A DNA stretch of 35,584 bases from Brachymonas sp. (GTDB taxonomy: Bacteria > Pseudomonadota > Gammaproteobacteria > Burkholderiales > Burkholderiaceae_C), in contig JAYVJQ010000215.1 in assembly GCA_043769055.1 (NCBI GenBank), positions 1 through 35,584 of the forward strand, in the 5' to 3' direction. Shown piece by piece: positions 27,826 through 35,584 of the stretch; the stretch's first letter is position 1, and each line of letters opens with the position of its first letter. The notes beneath the pieces are model-generated. The model searched no databases, was not told the origin of the DNA, and saw only the letters and a list, made by a program, of their open reading frames with translations. A program made the translations under genes and the position numbers.

Positions 27826-28989
27826 ATGCAAGTCTTAGAACGCACCCCACAACTTCAAACCAAGTTGCCCGCTGTGGGCACAACGATCTTCACCGTCATG
27901 TCGCAACTCGCCGCAGAAAAAGGTGCTGTGAATTTGGGGCAAGGCTTTCCAGATTTTGCCTGTGATCCGAAGCTGGTCGATGCGGTCACGCAAGCGATGC
28001 AGGCTGGGCACAATCAGTATCCGCCGATGGCGGGCTTGCCCGTTTTGCGCAACGCGATTGCTACAAAATTAGAAGCACTCCACGCACGCCAATACTCGGC
28101 CAATGATGAAATTACCATTACAGCTGGGGCCACGCAAGGCATCATTACCATCATCCTCGCTACTGTAAGGCCCGGTGATGAGGTGATCGTATTGGAGCCT
28201 TGCTACGACAGCTATGTGCCCAGTATTGAGCTGGCAGGCGGCACAGTGGTGCGAGTTCCTTTAACGCCAAAGACCTTCCGCCCTGACTTTGACCTCATCT
28301 CAGCCGCGATCACCCCAAAAACCCGCGCCATCCTCATCAACAGCCCGCACAACCCCAGCGCCACGATTTGGAGCGAGGCAGAAATGCTTCGCCTGCAAGA
28401 GATCCTCGCGCCCACCGAGGTGCTACTGATCAGCGATGAGGTGTATGAGCACATGGTGTTTGACGGCGCACAGCACCAAAGCGCCGCGCGATTTGCGGGC
28501 CTTGCCGCGCGCGCCTTCATCGTGAGCAGCTTTGGCAAGACCTATCACGTCACAGGCTGGAAGGTGGGCTACGTGGCCGCGCCCGCCAGCCTCACGGCTG
28601 AGTTTCGCAAGGTGCATCAGTTCAATGTATTCACAGTCAACACGCCTGTGCAACACGCGCTGGCCGCTTACATGGCCAATCCAGCGCCTTATCTGGAGCT
28701 ACCTGCTTTCTATCAACACAAACGCGATTTGTTTTTAGCTGGCATTCGCAAAACCCGCCTCAAGCCTTTGCACACGCAAGGCAGCTATTTCCAATGCGTG
28801 GACATCAGCGAAGTGAGCGATTTGAGCGAGGCAGATTTTTGCAAATGGCTCACAACGGAAATTGGCGTGGCGGCGATTCCATTGTCGGCGTTTTATGGCA
28901 ATGGCTTTGACCAACGTGTGGTGCGCTTTTGCTTTGCAAAGAAAGATGAAACGCTGCAATCGGCTCTAGAGCGATTAGCCAAGCTTTGA
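27826..28989 (+). CDS. Class I PLP-dependent aminotransferase (YbdL/methionine aminotransferase-like)
   Basis: KLPAVGTTIFTVMS, NLGQGFPD, NSPHNPS, SDEVYEH and SFGKTYHVTGWKVG. Confidence 0.93.
   Translation: MQVLERTPQLQTKLPAVGTTIFTVMSQLAAEKGAVNLGQGFPDFACDPKLVDAVTQAMQAGHNQYPPMAGLPVLRNAIATKLEALHARQYSANDEITITAGATQGIITIILATVRPGDEVIVLEPCYDSYVPSIELAGGTVVRVPLTPKTFRPDFDLISAAITPKTRAILINSPHNPSATIWSEAEMLRLQEILAPTEVLLISDEVYEHMVFDGAQHQSAARFAGLAARAFIVSSFGKTYHVTGWKVGYVAAPASLTAEFRKVHQFNVFTVNTPVQHALAAYMANPAPYLELPAFYQHKRDLFLAGIRKTRLKPLHTQGSYFQCVDISEVSDLSEADFCKWLTTEIGVAAIPLSAFYGNGFDQRVVRFCFAKKDETLQSALERLAKL
28060..28102 (+). repeat. Dispersed 43-bp motif, copy 12 (in the aminotransferase)
   Basis: gcta caaaattag aagc actc cacgca cgccaatactc ggcca; encodes ATKLEALHARQYSA. 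Confidence 0.68.
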
Positions 28990-29017
28990 ACGTTAGTTTT
29001 GAAGCGGAATCGGCATT

Positions 29018-29060
29018 TACCCGGCACAAAATCTACGTAGTTTGCTATGTAATTAATAGC
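29018..29060 (-). repeat. Dispersed 43-bp motif, copy 13 (between the convergent aminotransferase and era)
   Basis: Reverse complement: gcta ttaattaca tagc aaac tacgta gattttgtgcc gggta. Confidence 0.85.
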
Positions 29061-29074
29061 ATCTAGTATGCGAC

Positions 29075-30148
29075 TTATTCGTAGCCGAAGCTCTTCACCC
29101 GCTCTGCATTGTCTGCCCAGCCGCCTTGCACCTTGACCCAAAGTTGCAGGAATACTTTGGCATCCATCAGGCGCTCTAGCTCTTCTCTAGCCTCAGTTCC
29201 CATGCGCTTCAAGCCTTCGCCGCCAGCGCCAATCACCATGGCTTTGTGCGAATCGCGCTCAACAATGATCGTAGCGGCGATTTTGACGAAGCGCTTGGCA
29301 GTTTTGCCTGGCTCTACTTTGAACTGATCAATCACCACGGTGCTGGTGTAGGGCAGCTCATCGCCCGTGAAGCGAAACAGCTTTTCGCGCACCACTTCGC
29401 CCGCCATGAAACGCTCCGATTTGTCGGTGATTTCTTCTTGGGTGTAAATCCACGGCTGCTCGGGCAGGTATTTCTCGCACACGCTGAGCAGGCGCTCGAT
29501 GTCTTTACGCTGCTTGGCGCTCATCGGAAAGATTTCTGCAAACTTCAAATCGGTGGGCAATTCTGTACCCTCTTCAATATCCGACGCTGCGCCCATGCCC
29601 TTGGCATGCACCTCTTGCAACCACGGCGCAATATCGGCGCGGCGGTTCACGGTGTCGAGCTTGTTGGCAATGAGCACCACAGGCACGCCCTTGGCTTGCT
29701 TGCCCAAAAGCGAGAGCACTTTGGCATCTGCGCCAGACAAGCGGCCCGCTTCCACCACCAGCAAGATCAAATCCACGCCGCTCACAGCACCGGTGACGGT
29801 TTTGTTCAGCGAGCGGTTCAGCGCCGTGCCGTGGCGGGTTTGGAAGCCCGGTGTGTCCGCAAACACGAATTGCGCTGCTCCTAGGCTGCGGATGCCCAGA
29901 ATACGATGTCGCGTGGTTTGCGCCTTGCGCGAAGTGATGCTAACCTTCTGACCCACCAGTGCGTTAAGCAAGGTGCTTTTGCCCACATTGGGTTTGCCCA
30001 CGATAGCAATCATGCCGCAGCGCTGTGGGCCAGTCGGTTCGACAACTTGGGCAGACGATTCGGATGGGGCTTGAAAGAAGGCATCCAGCAGGGCATCAGA
30101 GCCAGTTTCTGGGTTATTTTTAGAGCTTTTTGGGGTAGTAGCCGGCAT
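29075..30148 (-). CDS. era: GTPase Era
   Basis: [23 protein letters not shown] and a KH domain. The start is uncertain (ATG 30148 or TTG 30172). Confidence 0.95.
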   Translation of the reverse strand: MPATTPKSSKNNPETGSDALLDAFFQAPSESSAQVVEPTGPQRCGMIAIVGKPNVGKSTLLNALVGQKVSITSRKAQTTRHRILGIRSLGAAQFVFADTPGFQTRHGTALNRSLNKTVTGAVSGVDLILLVVEAGRLSGADAKVLSLLGKQAKGVPVVLIANKLDTVNRRADIAPWLQEVHAKGMGAASDIEEGTELPTDLKFAEIFPMSAKQRKDIERLLSVCEKYLPEQPWIYTQEEITDKSERFMAGEVVREKLFRFTGDELPYTSTVVIDQFKVEPGKTAKRFVKIAATIIVERDSHKAMVIGAGGEGLKRMGTEAREELERLMDAKVFLQLWVKVQGGWADNAERVKSFGYE

Positions 30149-30181
30149 AGAATCTGCGTGGTTCGCTATCAAAATAGGAGT
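30139..30181 (-). repeat. Dispersed 43-bp motif, copy 14 (spans the era start region)
   Basis: Reverse complement: actc ctattttga tagc gaac cacgca gattctatgcc ggcta. Confidence 0.8.
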
Positions 30182-30190
30182 TGTAGGAAT

Positions 30191-30874
30191 TTATGCAACC
30201 GGGGTCTTGATCTGCTTGAGCATCAAGCCCGCAGCCTCTTGCTCTGCAGCACGGCGCGATGCGCCAAAGCCACGCACCTCAAGCGCCATCTCGCCAATGG
30301 CGCATTGCACTTCAAAGGTTTGACGGTGCGCCGCACCTGTGATGCTCATCACCTCGTATTGCGGCAGCTTCATTTTGCGCCCTTGCAGCCACTCTTGCAA
30401 CTCTGTTTTAGGGTCTTTTCCTGCTGCGGGCATCTCAGGATTGATCTGCACTTTGTCAAACAGTCGGTGCACCAAGGCTGAGGCTTTTTCAAAGCCTGCG
30501 TCTAAATAAACTGCACCAATCACAGCCTCCAAAGCATCAGCCAAGATCGATGGGCGCTTGGCACCACCTGAGCGCAGCTCGCCCTCGCCCAAGCGAATCA
30601 AGCTGCCCAAATACAACTCTTGCGCCAGCGCATGCAGCGTATCTTGCTTGACGAGATTGGCGCGCACGCGCGAGAGCTCACCCTCTTGCAAAGTGCCCAG
30701 CGCTTTGTAGAGCATGCCCGAGACTGCCAAATTGAGCACCGAATCGCCTAAAAACTCCAAGCGCTCATTGTGATCAGCGCTGTAGCTGCGGTGCGTGAGC
30801 GCCTGAGTAAGCAAGGCAGGCTTAGAAAAATCGTGTTGCAGACGCCGCTGCAACGCCAACAAGGCATCAGACAT
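30191..30874 (-). CDS. rnc: Ribonuclease III
   Basis: [28 protein letters not shown] and the ds[14 protein letters not shown]. Confidence 0.98.
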   Translation of the reverse strand: MSDALLALQRRLQHDFSKPALLTQALTHRSYSADHNERLEFLGDSVLNLAVSGMLYKALGTLQEGELSRVRANLVKQDTLHALAQELYLGSLIRLGEGELRSGGAKRPSILADALEAVIGAVYLDAGFEKASALVHRLFDKVQINPEMPAAGKDPKTELQEWLQGRKMKLPQYEVMSITGAAHRQTFEVQCAIGEMALEVRGFGASRRAAEQEAAGLMLKQIKTPVA

Positions 30875-30904
30875 GCGCCGCGCCCTCGCTCACAAACTGT
30901 GGAC

Positions 30905-31255
30905 TCACTTGGCGCTAGTGCCAGAATATTTCAGAAGCAAATACGCAGGGCCACCCAAGTGAATTTCTTTGTTATAAGCAAAACTCACCACGATGGTGTC
31001 GCCGTTTTTCGTAACTTCTAAATCTTTTGCACTGATTGCCTTGAAATCCTCAATATTTTGAGACTTCTCAAAACTGTTGCGCACCTCAGCCACCGTCGTG
31101 CTCTCGCCAGCAACTTTTTTCACGGCCTTCAATATGGCTTGATATTCCAGCAAGGTGGGCACTACTTGCGCACCCACCACTCCTCCAAAAGCCAACACAA
31201 TGCCCACAAAAAGCAGGCCAAGCATTGAAATACCACGTTGTTGAGTTTTCATCAT
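30905..31255 (-). CDS. DUF4845 family protein with a pilin-like N-terminus
   Basis: QQRGISMLGLL prepilin-like leader; position between lepB and rnc. Confidence 0.85.
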   Translation of the reverse strand: MMKTQQRGISMLGLLFVGIVLAFGGVVGAQVVPTLLEYQAILKAVKKVAGESTTVAEVRNSFEKSQNIEDFKAISAKDLEVTKNGDTIVVSFAYNKEIHLGGPAYLLLKYSGTSAK

Positions 31256-31286
31256 TTACTTTCCAACCACCCAAGAGGTAGCTATA

Positions 31287-32290
31287 TCAATCAAAAGAAC
31301 CAATTCGGCGTAGATTACCAAAATTCATCCACACATAAAAGGCCTTTCCCACAATGTTTTGCTCGGGCACAAAGCCCCAGTAGCGAGAATCTTGTGAATT
31401 ATCGCGGTTATCGCCCATCATGAAGTAGTGGCCCGCAGGCACTTTGCAGCTCACGCCCTCGATGCTGTAGTTGCAATTTTCAAAATGTGGAAATTTGAGT
31501 AGCGGTGAATTACCCAAAGTGGCATTTGGGTAAATCAGCAGCTTGTGCGGCCCCGCCATGCCGGGCAGCTGCTCTTCAAACTGCGGGATATAAGTGGTTT
31601 GTGTTTCGTCAAAAAAATCCGGCAATTTGTTTCGCGGCACGACTTTCCCGTTGACTCGCAGCTCTTTGTTCAAATAGCTCACCTCATCACCCGGCACGCC
31701 CACCACGCGCTTGATGTAATCCACGTTCGGGTCAGGCGGGTAGCGAAACACCATCACATCGCCACGCGCGGGTTGGTTCACCTCAATGATTTTTTTATTG
31801 ATCACCGGCAAGCGCACGCCGTAGTGGTATTTGTTGACCAAAATCAAATCGCCCACCCACAGCGTGGGAATCATCGAGCCTGTGGGAATTTTGAAGGGTT
31901 CAAACAAAAACGAGCGCAGCAAAAACACAATACAGATCACCGGGAATAGCCCCGCCGTCCAATCCAGCCACCAAGGTTGCTGCAAGACCACATCTTTAGA
32001 AGCAGTCATTTCCTTGGCGTGAATCTCGGTTTGGCTGATGCCCATCTTGGCCAGCTCGGCTTGGCGAGCGATGGCCTGCTCTTCAATTAAGGCAGCCGCT
32101 TTAGCGCGGCCGGGCAAAAAGATGAATCGCTCCAGCAACCAATAAACACCAGTCAGCACAGTGGCAATAAACAATATCAGCGAAAAATTACTTTGCACTG
32201 CATTGAAATACCAAGCCGCGCAATAGGCCACAAACGCGCCGAGCACGAGTGCGGTGACGCTAGGCATCAATTTCGTTAACTTCTCGCTCA

Positions 32291-32291
<1 letters not shown>
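31287..32291 (-). CDS. lepB: Signal peptidase I
   Basis: EPFKIPTGSMIPTL, DYIKRVVG and MMGDNRDNSQDSRYWGFVP. Confidence 0.97.
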
Positions 32292-34117
<1,826 letters not shown>

Positions 34118-34193
34118 CAACAAAAATCTCAAACTAGTTCTTTAAGTGCTTGATCCGTATGACACTTAGGATGACGTGTTCACAACGCGCAAG

Positions 34194-34225
34194 AAAAAGG
34201 GCGCGTCGTTTGTGTGACGCGCCCT
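34194..34225 (-). terminator. Terminator-like hairpin in the lepA upstream region
   Basis: 10-bp perfect stem AGGGCGCGTC/GACGCGCCCT with an 8-nt loop, ending in a T5 tract on the lepA strand. Confidence 0.55.
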
Positions 34226-34342
34226 GTAAACCAACAATCAATTGGCAACTGCGATAGTTGGACTTTCATTGTAGGGCAAGGGCGCTTCATGTGCAGGGGA
34301 AAATTCTCTAATTTTCAGTCGTTGCGGACTTGCAACGACAAC

Positions 34343-34362
34343 TTATCAACAACTTATTCACA
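34343..34362 (+). promoter_or_regulatory. Two tandem DnaA-box-like 9-mers
   Basis: TTATCAACA and TTATTCACA, 11 bp apart, each one mismatch from TTATCCACA. Confidence 0.45.
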
Positions 34363-34762
34363 ATTTCTGGGGGTAACTGGGCATCAATCATGGGGGCTGC
34401 CTGTGGATGGCTGGTGGACAGCCTGTGGGCATCCCATATCGTGAACTTCAATGCCCTTGATATATCCAAATTGGTTGAACGTGAGCCTAGATTTTAGCCT
34501 TTTTGGGTATGAAAAACCATTGCATATTAAAACGCACCAAATTAGGGCATTGAATAAAATTTAACAGGTGAAATTGCAGCCAGTTGTATTTCAGTCAAAA
34601 CCCGCCCGAGTCTGTGGGCTTTCTCAAACACAGGTAAAAAAGGCTTGACACGCAAATTTCGCAGCTGATTCGCGCTTCCTCGTCTGACATATGGCTTCAC
34701 GCATACAGCGCTTGCAAGCTCCGCACATTAAGCGCAAGATGAGTACAGCAACAGGAGCATCT

Positions 34763-35584
34763 ATGAAGCACCGCCTTGGATTGTTTTCTCGTCAATTAAT
34801 CGCAGCATTTGCCACCGCGCTTGCCGCCTTTGCCGCAATGGGCATAGCCAGCGCTGCCACACCGCTCCCCGCAGTCAACGCCAGCGTACAAGACACTATC
34901 AACGCCCTCACCAAAGCGCAAGCTGCCGTGGTGGGCGTGCAGGTGCGAGCGGCGGATGGCGCACGCTCTGCTGAGACCTTAGGCACGCAGCGCAGCGGCT
35001 CTGGCGTGGTCATTGGCGCTGATGGCTTGGTGGTGACCATTGGCTACTTGATCCTAGAGGCCGATGAGGTGCAGATCATCACGGCAGACAAAAAAACCGT
35101 GCCCGCCCGTGTCGTGGCCTACGACTTGGCCACTGGCTTTGGCCTGATTCGCCCTGTGGTGCCATTGCGCGGAATTCAAGCAGTGAGCTTGGGCGGCACG
35201 GCAGACATCAAAACCGGCGAACCCTTAATGGCCGGCACCGGCGCATCAGCTGACGATGATGCCGATGTCAACATGACCCAACTGGTAAGCAAACGCGCCT
35301 TCTCTGGCTATTGGGAATACCACATCGACAACGCCCTCTTCACCAGCCCACCCATGCAAAACCACTCGGGCGCACCGCTGTTCAATCAAAAAGGCGAGCT
35401 GATCGGTGTGGGCAGCTTATTCGTGATGGATGCGATGGGGCAAAACGTGCGCCTGCCGGGCAATATGTTCGTGCCCGTCGATTTGCTCAAGCCCATCATG
35501 AGCGAGATGCTGCAAACTGGCAGCAGCAAGCTTTCTAAGCGCCCTTGGGTGGGCCTGACCTCCAGCGAGCAAAGTGGCCGCGTG
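34763..35584 (+). CDS. Secreted trypsin-like (S1C/HtrA-related) protein, 3' end outside the window
   Basis: AGGAG RBS, signal peptide, GSGVVIG, VTIGY, NHSGAPLFNQKGELIGVG and RPWVG. It is missing from the ORF track because it has no stop in the window. Confidence 0.88.
   Translation, partial: MKHRLGLFSRQLIAAFATALAAFAAMGIASAATPLPAVNASVQDTINALTKAQAAVVGVQVRAADGARSAETLGTQRSGSGVVIGADGLVVTIGYLILEADEVQIITADKKTVPARVVAYDLATGFGLIRPVVPLRGIQAVSLGGTADIKTGEPLMAGTGASADDDADVNMTQLVSKRAFSGYWEYHIDNALFTSPPMQNHSGAPLFNQKGELIGVGSLFVMDAMGQNVRLPGNMFVPVDLLKPIMSEMLQTGSSKLSKRPWVGLTSSEQSGRV

Noticed and set aside
1453-30181. 43-bp motif as a CRISPR array or integron attC series
   Set aside because: The copies are kilobases apart, in both orientations and inside housekeeping genes, with no cas or integrase gene.

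Overview
A GC-rich betaproteobacterial chromosomal window; gene content and protein style suggest Burkholderiales, probably Comamonadaceae. It is mostly housekeeping genes: folC-dedD-cvpA-purF, ffs (SRP RNA), addAB, trxA, tRNA-Arg/tRNA-Pro, hrcA/nadK-recN-rapZ, cysB, a YbdL-like aminotransferase and lepA-lepB-DUF4845-rnc-era. Accessory or decayed material includes a partial IS5-family element, a decayed gltD 3' fragment, a Pho-box-preceded glycerophosphodiesterase, an orphan histidine kinase, a secreted hypothetical protein and a Fic remnant. The main signal is a dispersed, degenerate but indel-free 43-bp motif, GCTA-N9-TAGC-N4-TRCGCA-N11-GGCTA, with a further ~22-bp tail of phased A/T tracts. 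I found it by eye 14 times (about one per 2.5 kb) in both orientations. Eleven copies lie within or at the start of coding sequences and are read in four different frames. Several appear to overlay conserved protein sequence without changing its length. It looks more like a genome-wide protein-recognition or uptake signal than an ordinary REP/MITE, but its function is inference only. All calls are from visual reading; no searches were run.
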